DNA of 54,048 nt from Minisyncoccota bacterium (GTDB lineage Bacteria > Patescibacteriota > Minisyncoccia > Phycocordibacterales > Phycocordibacteraceae): assembly GCA_036517735.1 (NCBI GenBank), contig DATDUD010000020.1, positions 1 through 54,048 on the forward strand. Direction: 5' to 3'. A model generated the notes under the pieces. That model was not told the DNA's origin and did not search any database. It worked only from the letters and a program-made list of their open reading frames with translations. Both the position numbers and the translations under genes were made by a program. Positions 1-8,301 of the stretch are shown one piece after another (the stretch's first letter is position 1; each line of letters begins with the position of its first letter).

Positions 1-198
1 GTAAGGTTGGCTGAAGATTTGCTTCGAGCTGCCGATACACAGCACAGAAACGGAAAGACTACGGATGAGCTTCTTTCATTTATCGATGACCTTATGCATT
101 TCCTGCCGCTCCTCCATACAAGATCCGCACCCTTGAAGCTCATCTTTGAGCATCTCGGTCTTGTTATCCCCAAAGGCCTCGAAAAGGGGAGAGTTTGA
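1..198 (+). CDS. possible 3' end of an unidentified CDS entering from upstream (partial)
   Basis: Frame 1 is open from base 1 to TGA at 196-198 with coding-like composition. No family recognised. A short minus-strand reading cannot be excluded. Confidence 0.25.
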   Translation, partial: VRLAEDLLRAADTQHRNGKTTDELLSFIDDLMHFLPLLHTRSAPLKLIFEHLGLVIPKGLEKGRV

Positions 199-241
199 CG
201 CTTTTACCCCTATCTGGTATAACAACTGTATTATAACACGT

Positions 242-1333
242 ATGGCAACCAAGACCACTAAAAAAGTCGTTTCCAAGGTCCGAAAGACTTCTGCAAAAAA
301 GGGAAATTCAGCCGTTTCCTTTGACAGCGTAGCGCTCGTGAAGCAGCTCCTTAACGAGGTGCCTGAGCGCGCTCGGGAAGTCCTCGTATATCGCTTCGGA
401 CTCGGCTCCTCTTCGGAGCGCGAGACTCTCGAAGCCATCGGCGAGCGCTGGGGCATCACCCGTGAGCGCGTACGCCAGATCGAGGCTGCCGGCCTTGATG
501 CTATACGCTCTTCTAAGGCTTTTGACGATGCGCAGAAGTCTTTTGACGAGCTTTGCGATCTTATGCACTCCCTCGGTGCAATCGTACACGAGGATGAGCT
601 TCTTTCGGGCCTTGCCTCTGACGAGAAGTCTCGCAACCGCTTCCGCTTCCTGCTTGTGGTTGGAAGCTCGTTCTTCCGCGAGCGCGAGACCGACGACTTC
701 TATGCACGCTGGCATGTAGATCAGCCGACTGCAGAGAATGTCCACCGCGCGCTTTCCTCTCTCTATTCCTCTCTTTCCGATACCGAGGTCCTTACCGAAG
801 GCGAGATGCTCGACCGTTTCCTCGACGAGCTTAAGACCGTGAACGACGCATACAAGAATGAAGAGGTCCTCAAGCGCTGGCTCTCCCTTTCAAAGAACAT
901 TTCATCGAACCCTCTTTCCGAATGGGGCAAGGCGCACTCTCCCGCAATCCGCACCAAGGGCATCCGCGACTACGCATACCTCGTCATCAAGCGTGAAGGT
1001 CAGCCCATGCACTTCTCTGATGTGGCGAAGTCGATTAGCACCCTTTTTGCAAAGGAAGCGCACGTAGCAACCACCCACAACGAGCTCATCAAGGATGCGC
1101 GCTTTGTACTTGTGGGCCGTGGCCTTTATGCGCTTTCCGAATGGGGATACCAGCCGGGAGTCGTGCGTGACGTCATTCGTGACGTGCTCAAGAAGGGAGG
1201 CCCGATGACGCGCGAACAGGTCATGGGGGAGGTGAAGAAAGTCCGGTACGTGAAAGACAACACCATCCTCGTGAACCTGAATGACTCCAAGCATTTCAAG
1301 AGGAATAAGAACGGGACGTACGCAGTTGCGTAA
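242..1333 (+). CDS. sigma-70 region-4 HTH protein with C-terminal HARE-HTH-like domain
   Basis: ORF 146..1333 trimmed to the first ATG (242), which lies 6-7 nt after a -10-like TATTAT/ATTATA box. ERAREVLVYRFGL...ETLEAIGERWGITRERVRQIEAAGL matches a sigma-70 region 4 HTH. The C-terminus (HFSDVAKSI...VGRGLYALSEWGY) resembles a HARE-HTH / delta-subunit-like domain. Confidence 0.85.
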   Translation: MATKTTKKVVSKVRKTSAKKGNSAVSFDSVALVKQLLNEVPERAREVLVYRFGLGSSSERETLEAIGERWGITRERVRQIEAAGLDAIRSSKAFDDAQKSFDELCDLMHSLGAIVHEDELLSGLASDEKSRNRFRFLLVVGSSFFRERETDDFYARWHVDQPTAENVHRALSSLYSSLSDTEVLTEGEMLDRFLDELKTVNDAYKNEEVLKRWLSLSKNISSNPLSEWGKAHSPAIRTKGIRDYAYLVIKREGQPMHFSDVAKSISTLFAKEAHVATTHNELIKDARFVLVGRGLYALSEWGYQPGVVRDVIRDVLKKGGPMTREQVMGEVKKVRYVKDNTILVNLNDSKHFKRNKNGTYAVA

Positions 1334-1337
1334 CGAG

Positions 1338-1364
1338 AAAGCGCCCGAGAGGGCGTTTTTGTTT
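1338..1364 (+). terminator. rho-independent terminator
   Basis: GCGCCC-GAGA-GGGCG hairpin (1341-1355) followed by TTTTTGTTT. Confidence 0.7.
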
Positions 1365-1390
1365 GACAAAATCAGATAATCTCCTACTAT
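1363..1390 (+). promoter_or_regulatory. sigma-70-like promoter (TTGACA-16-TACTAT)
   Basis: TTGACA at 1363-1368, 16-nt spacer, TACTAT at 1385-1390. It lies directly after the upstream terminator and 25 nt before ATG 1416. Confidence 0.5.
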
Positions 1391-1415
1391 ATAGAAGGTT
1401 TGTAAGGGGTGCATC

Positions 1416-1700
1416 ATGTCAAACGTTGTTCAGTTTCCAACCAGAGTTCAATGTGATCTCTGGGGGAGGACGTTGCTGCCAAGCTGCATCGTCTTTGCGA
1501 TGGAGTCTTTCTGCGGTATGCGTCCGGATATCTCATTACCCGGACAAGTAGCATACGAAGTCGACTCAGGAACCCAGGGCCTCTATGAGGGCCCCGCGTC
1601 CGGAGACGAAGATCTGGCTCTCGTATCCTTCGAAGGGCTGCACGGAACAACGCTTCCCTGTGTGGTAGTTGAGCTCGAAAATCTAACTCTCGTGCGTTGA
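1416..1700 (+). CDS. small hypothetical protein (94 aa, several Cys)
   Basis: ATG preceded by AAGGGG. Has its own promoter upstream and a hairpin (1709-1732) downstream. No family recognised. A non-coding RNA is a possible alternative. Confidence 0.4.
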   Translation: MSNVVQFPTRVQCDLWGRTLLPSCIVFAMESFCGMRPDISLPGQVAYEVDSGTQGLYEGPASGDEDLALVSFEGLHGTTLPCVVVELENLTLVR

Positions 1701-1708
1701 GCACGCTA

Positions 1709-1740
1709 CGCCACCTCTTAATTGGGGTGGCGGCTTTGTT
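1709..1740 (+). terminator. terminator-like hairpin
   Basis: CGCCACC (1709-1715) pairs with GGTGGCG (1726-1732), followed by GCTTTGTT. The T-tract is weak. Confidence 0.4.
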
Positions 1741-1783
1741 AAATGCGTGTGAATCACCAACGTTAATCGGGTATACTACCTCT

Positions 1784-3157
1784 ATGTCAAGCAGCGGAGG
1801 CGGAGGTCTTCCCGGAATGGGAATCATTGAGAAGTTCTTTCACGGCTCGCACGATAGCGGGGGACTCCATATTTCAGCGCGTCCGCTCATCATCATGATG
1901 GCGGCCCTCGTCATTATCTTTTTCCTGTTCTCACCAAGCCAGACCCTCAAGAACTTTAACCTCCTTATCTTCCTTGCTCCCTTATGGGTCCCGTTCCTGC
2001 TTCTGAAGTTCTCTTTCGACCGGTTCATTCAGTCGCGCAGAGCCGACTTCATCAAAAACCAGCAGATGATCCTCCTCGAGCTCCGACTGCCTCGCGATAC
2101 CAAGAAGACTCCTCTTGCCATGGAAACGGTGCTATCGAACCTAAACTTCAGCGCTGGGGAAACCACCTGGTACAAGAAGTACTGGAAGGGAGGCGCACGT
2201 CCATGGTGGTCCATTGAGATTGCGTCGATAGGCGGACAGGTCCGCTTTTATATATGGACACGCGCTTCGCTGCGCCGGGGTGTTGAAAGCTTCTTCTATG
2301 CGCAATATCCAGGCATGGAGATCATCGAGGCTGAGGACTATAGCCGTCTTATCAACCCTTCGAACAACAACGAACGGGGCATGTTCGGTGCTGAATATCT
2401 CCTCACTATGCCCGACCCCTACCCAATCCGCACGTATGTCGACTTCGGTCTTGATAAGGCGGGTACGAAGCCCGAGGAGCAGATCGATCCCATGTCGCAG
2501 CTCATAGAGTTCTTCGGGTCGATTGGACCTCATGAGCAGCTCTGGTTTCAGATGGTTTTCAGAAGGGCGGGGAAGGAGAAGCTCGGTGGAGGGAAGACCT
2601 GGAAGGATGAGGCAAAAGTGCTTATAACCGAACTTCGGGCCAAGACCGTGATGCGTCGCACAACGGTCGATCCAGTGAGTGGGCAGGTGCGCGAGACTGA
2701 AGGCTTCCCGAATCCAACCCCAGGTGAGAAGTCGACCATTGAGGCACTTGAAAGAAATACCGACAAACCAGCATTCGATGTCGGCATGCGGTGCATCTAC
2801 ACGGCTGAGAACGGACACTTCGACGCCTCTAACATTACGTTCCTCATCAACATGCTAAAACCCTTTAACCATGAAGGATGGAACGGCTTCAAGCTTGCTG
2901 GCCTTTTCTCAGCCCTCTTTAACGACTATCCGTGGGAAGATCGAGGCGGACATCACAAGCAGCATGAGCACGAAAAGATCACCGAGTATTACCGCCGCCG
3001 TGCGTATTTCCACGATCCGTATGTGGGTCCCTGGATGGTCCTTTCTAGCGAGGAGTTAGCCACCATCTTCCATGTACCTTCAAGCACGGTCGAGGCGCCA
3101 AGCCTTCCGCGCATCCAGTCAGCAACAAGCGGCGCTCCCGCGAACCTTCCCACCTAA
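1784..3157 (+). CDS. hypothetical membrane protein (2 N-terminal TM helices + large soluble domain)
   Basis: Long ORF. Starts at ATG 1784, or alternatively ATG 1817, which is preceded by GGAGGCGGAGG. Hydrophobic helices LIIMMAALVIIFFLF and LLIFLAPLWVPFLLL. A domain of about 380 aa ends in SSEELATIFHVPS. No Walker A motif and no family recognised by eye. Confidence 0.8.
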   Translation: MSSSGGGGLPGMGIIEKFFHGSHDSGGLHISARPLIIMMAALVIIFFLFSPSQTLKNFNLLIFLAPLWVPFLLLKFSFDRFIQSRRADFIKNQQMILLELRLPRDTKKTPLAMETVLSNLNFSAGETTWYKKYWKGGARPWWSIEIASIGGQVRFYIWTRASLRRGVESFFYAQYPGMEIIEAEDYSRLINPSNNNERGMFGAEYLLTMPDPYPIRTYVDFGLDKAGTKPEEQIDPMSQLIEFFGSIGPHEQLWFQMVFRRAGKEKLGGGKTWKDEAKVLITELRAKTVMRRTTVDPVSGQVRETEGFPNPTPGEKSTIEALERNTDKPAFDVGMRCIYTAENGHFDASNITFLINMLKPFNHEGWNGFKLAGLFSALFNDYPWEDRGGHHKQHEHEKITEYYRRRAYFHDPYVGPWMVLSSEELATIFHVPSSTVEAPSLPRIQSATSGAPANLPT

Positions 3158-3160
3158 GGC

Positions 3161-4156
3161 ATGCAGTTCCTTGCATACGCATCCCGCGTTCGGGAAAGAC
3201 TCACGCCGTACCGTACGCTCATATCGCAAATAGCTGCAGTTCTTGTTCTTATACTCATAGTGTTCTTTTCATACCACCTTCTTCTTCCCACGCAGAACTT
3301 CCCGAGCGGGCATCTTATAGAAATCCCTGAGGACGCGTCGGTAGCGGAGATGGGAGCGATACTCAAGGGACGCGGAGCAATACGTTCAGCCCTCTCCTTC
3401 AAGGCATACGCACGCCTCACATTCCAGGACCGTTCACTAGAGCAGGGTCCATATGTGTTTGATAGACCGGTCGGCCTTCTTGAGATCGTGCACCGCATGT
3501 CAAATGGCAGACATGGCATCGAGCCTGTGCGCGTGACTCTCACGGAAGGCATGACGGTCAAGGACATGGGAAAGGCGTTGAAGCTTGCTATGCCTGACTT
3601 CAACGCGGAGGCGTTCGAGGAGCTTGCCTCGACCAGCGAAGGATATCTGTTCCCGGATACGTACTTCTTCATTCCAGGTACTGAGCCTGAGGAAGTGATG
3701 AAAAGGCTGCGAGAACGATTTGATGAGCAGATCCAGATCATTTCAGAGGAAATCCTTGCCTCAGATCGCTCAATGGGAGAGATCGTAACGATGGCGTCAT
3801 TGATCGAACGCGAAGCACAATCCGAAGAAGATATGCGCACCGTCTCGGGAATACTTTGGAAAAGACTCGATAGTGGAATGCTGCTCCAGGTGGATGCGGC
3901 CTTTGGATATATGCATGGAGAGAACGGGTATACGCCAACAGCCCATGACCTTGAGACTGATTCGCCGTACAACACCTATATGTATGGAGGACTTCCTCCT
4001 ACCCCTATTGCAAACCCGGGACTGACAGCACTTCGCGCTGCGGCTGTTCCCCTTACATCACCCTACTTCTACTACCTCACCGGGCGCGACGGACTCATGT
4101 ACTACGGAAAGACATTCGCGGAGCACATGAGAAATAAGGAACTGTATCTGGACTAG
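3161..4156 (+). CDS. mltG: endolytic murein transglycosylase MltG (YceG family)
   Basis: N-terminal TM helix plus YceG signatures: MASLIEREA, LLQVDAAFGY, SPYNTYMYGGLPPTPIANPG. Confidence 0.93.
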   Translation: MQFLAYASRVRERLTPYRTLISQIAAVLVLILIVFFSYHLLLPTQNFPSGHLIEIPEDASVAEMGAILKGRGAIRSALSFKAYARLTFQDRSLEQGPYVFDRPVGLLEIVHRMSNGRHGIEPVRVTLTEGMTVKDMGKALKLAMPDFNAEAFEELASTSEGYLFPDTYFFIPGTEPEEVMKRLRERFDEQIQIISEEILASDRSMGEIVTMASLIEREAQSEEDMRTVSGILWKRLDSGMLLQVDAAFGYMHGENGYTPTAHDLETDSPYNTYMYGGLPPTPIANPGLTALRAAAVPLTSPYFYYLTGRDGLMYYGKTFAEHMRNKELYLD

Positions 4157-4166
4157 AAATTGAAAA

Positions 4167-4199
4167 GTCACGGCTGCACGGCAGCCGTGACCCTTTTTG
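4167..4199. terminator. bidirectional rho-independent terminator
   Basis: Perfect 11-bp stem GTCACGGCTGC-ACG-GCAGCCGTGAC flanked by AAAA on the left and CCTTTTTG on the right. It sits between convergent genes. Confidence 0.8.
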
Positions 4200-4214
4200 A
4201 TGTACCGCATCGGT

Positions 4215-4526
4215 TTACTCCAAATCATCGATTGGCTTGCTCCACGAACCATCAGGCTGCCTCAACAAGAGTACGACTATCTCATAGTCCCAGGCTTCTT
4301 CGATGCATCTGAGTCCGAGAATCTTCCGGAGGGGCAGACCGCCCTTTCCAGGGATGACAAGCCAGTTGTCTTTCGTCAGCATGGCACAAAACGTGCCCGC
4401 CCCAAGATCCGGCGCGTCCTCAAGCTGCGCAGGAATCCGATAGTCCTCAGGGTTCCTATACAGCCGCAGGCGCTTACCAGGTTGAACAATAATGCGGTGC
4501 GTCGTCAAAGAACAGTCTCTGCTCAC
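4215..4526 (-). CDS. hypothetical protein (about 103 aa)
   Basis: Minus-strand ORF 4215..4535. GTG at 4526 lies 8 nt after a GGAGG box (GTG at 4535 abuts it). The ORF ends just before the bidirectional terminator. No family recognised. Confidence 0.5.
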   Translation of the reverse strand: MSRDCSLTTHRIIVQPGKRLRLYRNPEDYRIPAQLEDAPDLGAGTFCAMLTKDNWLVIPGKGGLPLRKILGLRCIEEAWDYEIVVLLLRQPDGSWSKPIDDLE

Positions 4527-4571
4527 TGAATTCACCTCCTTTCGTCCGGTGTGTACTGCAGATATAGTGTC

Positions 4572-5597
4572 ATGATGAAAAGGGAAGTCAACGAACGCAT
4601 TTTTGTCGGCCTTTCAGGGGGTGTTGACTCAGCAGTAACTGCCGCGCTTCTTAAGGAGAGCTGTAAAGATGTCACCGGCGTCTTTATAAAGGGCTGGTAT
4701 CCGCCAGGCATGCCCTGCACATGGGCGGAAGACCGTCGTGACGCTATGCGGGTAGCTGCGCATCTTCAGATCCCTTTTGTTACGCTTGATGCCTCCAAGG
4801 AATACAAGGAAAACGTTATCGACTATCTCATCCGCGAATACCGGGACGGCCGTACGCCGAACCCCGACATCATGTGCAACCGCGACGTGAAGTTTGGAGC
4901 CTTTCATAGATTTGCGAAGAATAAGGGAGGTCGCATAGCAACTGGCCACTATGCGAAGACCGAGAACGGACACCTCTTTCGCGGCACCGATGAAACCAAG
5001 GACCAAAGCTATTTCCTCTGGAGCGTTTCAAAAGACGCACTCATAGACTCCCTTTTTCCCTTAGGCAACATGCGAAAGGAAGCGGTTAGAAAGCTCGCAA
5101 AGCGATACGGGCTCCCGAATGCCTTGAAGAAGGATAGTCAGGGCATCTGCTTTCTTGGATCAATATCCGTAGAGAACTTCCTACGCTCTGAGATGCATCC
5201 TGAAGAGGGAAGAGCAATTGATGAGATTGGTAAGGAAGTCGGTACGCATGACGGCGCGGTGCTATATACGCTTGGCGAGCGCATTGCGGTTAAGAACGCG
5301 CACCCTGGACCCTGGTATGTCGTCAGCAAGGATCTAAAGGCCAATACCATAACGGTGTCGCACGGACATCCTAAAGTTCAATCCAAAAAAGCGATACCTC
5401 TTTCGCATGAGAACTGGTTTAGCGAGACTAGCGGTAAGATTGAGGCCCAGTACCGGTATCACGGACCACGCATACGGGGAACGTATGCAGACGGAGTCTT
5501 CACTTCCATAGACCCGCTTCCAGAACCCATTGCATCCGGCCAGTCTCTCGTCATGTACAGGACAGATGAGTGCCTCGGCGGTGGTATCATCACCTGA
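4572..5597 (+). CDS. mnmA: tRNA-specific 2-thiouridylase MnmA
   Basis: PP-loop SGGVDS, conserved NPDIMCN and KDQSYFLW motifs, full-length domain organisation. Start trimmed to ATG 4572/4575 after TATAGT (4563-4568). Confidence 0.95.
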   Translation: MMKREVNERIFVGLSGGVDSAVTAALLKESCKDVTGVFIKGWYPPGMPCTWAEDRRDAMRVAAHLQIPFVTLDASKEYKENVIDYLIREYRDGRTPNPDIMCNRDVKFGAFHRFAKNKGGRIATGHYAKTENGHLFRGTDETKDQSYFLWSVSKDALIDSLFPLGNMRKEAVRKLAKRYGLPNALKKDSQGICFLGSISVENFLRSEMHPEEGRAIDEIGKEVGTHDGAVLYTLGERIAVKNAHPGPWYVVSKDLKANTITVSHGHPKVQSKKAIPLSHENWFSETSGKIEAQYRYHGPRIRGTYADGVFTSIDPLPEPIASGQSLVMYRTDECLGGGIIT

Positions 5598-5599
5598 GC

Positions 5600-6427
5600 A
5601 TGCCGGACATCATTAAAGCAGACGGTACCGTTGAGCCTTGGCGCGGCAAGAAGCTCGAGGAGTCCCTCCTGCGTTCAGGCGCAAGCGAGTCGGTGGCTAG
5701 CCGTATCCGGGAGACCATCGAGACGTCCCTTGCCTCGAGTGAAGAGAGTAGCGAGATATACCGCAGAGCCTTTTCCATGCTTCGGTCTCAGACGCGTACT
5801 GCCGCAGCCAGGTATAGCCTCAGGCGGGCCCTTTTTGAATTCGGACCGACTGGTCACCCTTTCGAAGACTTTGTTTCAGAACTCTTTAAGAACGAAGGAT
5901 GGGTAGTCGAAGCTCGCCGCCTCATTCCCGGCAAGTGCGTCACCCACGAGGTCGATGTATATGCCTCACGAGGAGAGGAGTTCCTTGCAGCGGAGCTCAA
6001 ATACCATAACGACCCGGGATACAAAACGGACGTAAAGGTTGCCTTGTATGTGAAAGCACGTATGGATGATATCTGGGCTGCAGCTGACAGGATGGAGGGT
6101 CCGCGCGTTGATAAAGGGTATTTGATAACGAACACCAAGTTCACCACGCAGGCCGTGGAATATGCAAGATGCTCCGGACTCAACCTTCTCGGCTGGAGCT
6201 ATCCCCGCGAATCAAGCCTCTACGACCGCATTATCGCTTCCGGCCTCTATCCCATAACCGCCCTCACGCAGCTCAAGAAATCCGAGAAGCGCCTCCTGGT
6301 AGATCAGGGACTTGTTACGACCAACCTCGTGCGGGAGCACCGGGACAAGCTCAGGGAAATAGCCATACCTCCTGAACGCATCGGGAGCATTGTGGCTGAG
6401 ATAGAGACGCTTTCGTCAGGGGCATAG
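5600..6427 (+). CDS. ATP-cone domain fused to Mrr-like (PD-(D/E)XK) restriction endonuclease domain
   Basis: The N-terminus IIKADGTVEPWRGKKLEESLLRSG...IYRRAFSML is ATP-cone-like. The core GHPFEDFVSELF...HEVDVYA...AAELKY carries a D...E-x-K nuclease motif. ATG 5600 lies 2 nt after the mnmA stop. Confidence 0.85.
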   Translation: MPDIIKADGTVEPWRGKKLEESLLRSGASESVASRIRETIETSLASSEESSEIYRRAFSMLRSQTRTAAARYSLRRALFEFGPTGHPFEDFVSELFKNEGWVVEARRLIPGKCVTHEVDVYASRGEEFLAAELKYHNDPGYKTDVKVALYVKARMDDIWAAADRMEGPRVDKGYLITNTKFTTQAVEYARCSGLNLLGWSYPRESSLYDRIIASGLYPITALTQLKKSEKRLLVDQGLVTTNLVREHRDKLREIAIPPERIGSIVAEIETLSSGA

Positions 6428-6440
6428 TACACTGGACCAC

Positions 6441-7226
6441 ATGGCGGAGTTCAAGAAGCAGTACAATCCCAATCGCAGTTCCGACTGGAACTATGGAGGC
6501 CCGAAGTGGCGTCTTTCGCGTTCAAAGATCGAGCTTTTCAACGAATGCCCCCGTTGCTTCTATCTCGATAACAAACTTGGTACTGCGCGTCCCCGCGGTC
6601 CGGCCTTCACCCTGAACATTGCCGTCGATGCACTACTCAAAAAGGAATTCGATGTGCACCGCAAAGATGCGTCGGCTCATCCCCTGATGACTCAGTACGG
6701 CATTGATGCCATACCGTTCCAACATAAGGACATGGACACCTGGAGGGAGAACTTCAAGGGACTTGAGCACTATCATCCCGAGACCGGCTTCACTATCTCG
6801 GGCGCAGTTGACGATGTCTGGGTGAATCCGCAGGGCGAGCTCATTGTTGTCGACTATAAAGCAACGTCAAAGGACGGAACAATCACGTCGCTCTCGGACT
6901 CTTCGTGGGAAGGTTCGTACAAGCGGCAGATGGGGGTGTACCAGTGGCTTCTGCGGCAGATGGGCTTTAACGTTTCCAATATGGGATATTTTGTGTACGC
7001 AAACGCTGACGGGGATAAAGCAGCATTTGATGGAAAGCTTGAGTTTGAGGTGACGATTGTGCCATGCGAAGGAGATACGGCGTGGATAGACGAGACGCTC
7101 CCCAAAATTAAGGAAGCTCTGGAATCAGATGCAATTCCTCCGACAGGACAAAGTTGTGAACACTGTCCGTACCGCGAGGCTGCGGGAAAGAAGTTGCAAG
7201 CACTGCACAAGAAGACAATTAAATAA
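6441..7226 (+). CDS. PD-(D/E)XK nuclease, RecB/Cas4-like with four Cys
   Basis: Motifs GAVDDVWV, VVDYKATSK (D-x-K) and RQMGVY (QxxxY). Cys pairs CPRC near the N-terminus and CEHC near the C-terminus. Confidence 0.8.
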   Translation: MAEFKKQYNPNRSSDWNYGGPKWRLSRSKIELFNECPRCFYLDNKLGTARPRGPAFTLNIAVDALLKKEFDVHRKDASAHPLMTQYGIDAIPFQHKDMDTWRENFKGLEHYHPETGFTISGAVDDVWVNPQGELIVVDYKATSKDGTITSLSDSSWEGSYKRQMGVYQWLLRQMGFNVSNMGYFVYANADGDKAAFDGKLEFEVTIVPCEGDTAWIDETLPKIKEALESDAIPPTGQSCEHCPYREAAGKKLQALHKKTIK

Positions 7227-7249
7227 TCAATGATTCTACTGCAGAGCTA

Positions 7250-7278
7250 TTGACAAATAGCATCTCTTAGTGTAGGAT
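7250..7278 (+). promoter_or_regulatory. sigma-70-like promoter (TTGACA-17-TAGGAT)
   Basis: TTGACA at 7250-7255, 17-nt spacer, TAGGAT at 7273-7278. Followed by the SD-like GAGGGAG and ATG 7305. Confidence 0.5.
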
Positions 7279-7304
7279 TATATACGGGTAAGAGGGAGAT
7301 CAAT

Positions 7305-7553
7305 ATGGTTAGTCAGATTGAAGCGCCGATGCGCTCAAACAGTCAGCTTGCTGTTCTCGTTACGGGTCTCGTGCTGGTAATCGGGATTGCTGGGGCACTT
7401 TTCGTCAACTACGTTCTGCCCAGCGACCCCGTAGCCGACATGGCAAGCGCCTGCAAAAGGGCGGGCTGGAGTTACTACGACGACCAGACCTCCGGCTACC
7501 TGCCGCGGTGCATGGACGAGCAAGGCAACTTTCACTTCGTTCCTTCACGCTGA
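7305..7553 (+). CDS. small membrane-anchored hypothetical protein (82 aa)
   Basis: Own promoter, SD GAGGGAG and downstream terminator. One TM helix (LAVLVTGLVLVIGIAGALFV). Confidence 0.6.
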   Translation: MVSQIEAPMRSNSQLAVLVTGLVLVIGIAGALFVNYVLPSDPVADMASACKRAGWSYYDDQTSGYLPRCMDEQGNFHFVPSR

Positions 7554-7576
7554 GTCGGCGATAGCAAAATCGAAAG

Positions 7577-7607
7577 GGCGGCACGATCAATCGTGTCGCC
7601 TTTTTTG
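7577..7607 (+). terminator. rho-independent terminator
   Basis: GGCGGCACGA-TCAA-TCGTGTCGCC stem-loop followed by TTTTTTG. Confidence 0.75.
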
Positions 7608-7620
7608 TTATAGTTTCTCC

Positions 7621-8301
7621 ATGACCGATTCCGTAAACATAAAGCTCGAACAAAGCTGGAAGGATGCGCTTAGTGACGAATTCGGAAAGGAGTATTTCAA
7701 AGAGCTTACTGATTTCATAAAAAAGGAATATCAGGAGGGGAAGGTATGTCCGCAACCCAAGCATATTTTCCGCGCCTTTGAACTAACCCCTTTTGACTCG
7801 GTAAAAGTGGTCGTTCTCGGCCAGGATCCATATCACGGTGCAGGACAGGCAATCGGTTTATCCTTTGCCGTTAATGATGGGGTCCGACTTCCTCCCTCGC
7901 TTCAGAATATCTTCAAAGAGATTGAAGCTGACCTTGGTAAGCCACTTGAGAACAAGACGGGTGATCTCACCCGCTGGGCAGAACAAGGCGTGTTGCTTCT
8001 GAATGCAACCCTTACAGTGCAGGCTGGAAAAGCAGGCTCGCATCAGGGAAAGGGCTGGGAACTATTTACTGACGCTGCGATTAAAGCTCTCTCGGATAAA
8101 CGGGAGCATTTGGTGTTTATACTTTGGGGCAACTATGCACGACAGAAGGGTGCGATCATTGACCGGTTAAAGCATGTAGTGCTTGAATCAGCACATCCAT
8201 CTCCTTTCTCAGCAACGAACGGGTTCTTTGGGAGCAAGCCTTTTAGTAAAACGAACACGTATCTGAAAAAACAGGGAATTGACCCAATTAAGTGGCTGTA
8301 G
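7621..8301 (+). CDS. ung: uracil-DNA glycosylase, family 1
   Basis: Signature GQDPYHGAGQAIGLSF, LLLNATLTV and the HPSPFS leucine-loop region. Confidence 0.95.
   Translation: MTDSVNIKLEQSWKDALSDEFGKEYFKELTDFIKKEYQEGKVCPQPKHIFRAFELTPFDSVKVVVLGQDPYHGAGQAIGLSFAVNDGVRLPPSLQNIFKEIEADLGKPLENKTGDLTRWAEQGVLLLNATLTVQAGKAGSHQGKGWELFTDAAIKALSDKREHLVFILWGNYARQKGAIIDRLKHVVLESAHPSPFSATNGFFGSKPFSKTNTYLKKQGIDPIKWL

Noticed and set aside
76-636. 186-aa minus-strand ORF overlapping the start of the window and the sigma-like gene.
   Set aside because: Most of it is antisense to the well-supported 242..1333 gene. Only a short tail (25-49 aa) could be independent, and a TGTTATAAT box on the minus strand at 230-238 is probably the mirror image of the plus-strand -10.
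1396-1740. Whether the promoter-to-hairpin unit is RNase P RNA, tmRNA or SRP RNA.
   Set aside because: I could not find the conserved cores: GAGGAAAGTCCGGGC and ACAGAA.CCGGCTTA for RNase P; the tRNA-like GGTTCGA...CCACCA end for tmRNA; GGTCCGGAAGGAAGCAGC for SRP. It remains listed only as an unknown small ORF or RNA.
4197-4529. 110-aa plus-strand ORF opposite the 4215..4526 gene.
   Set aside because: It starts inside the T-tract of the mltG terminator and is Arg-rich. The minus-strand reading has a GGAGG box at optimal spacing and ends at the bidirectional terminator.
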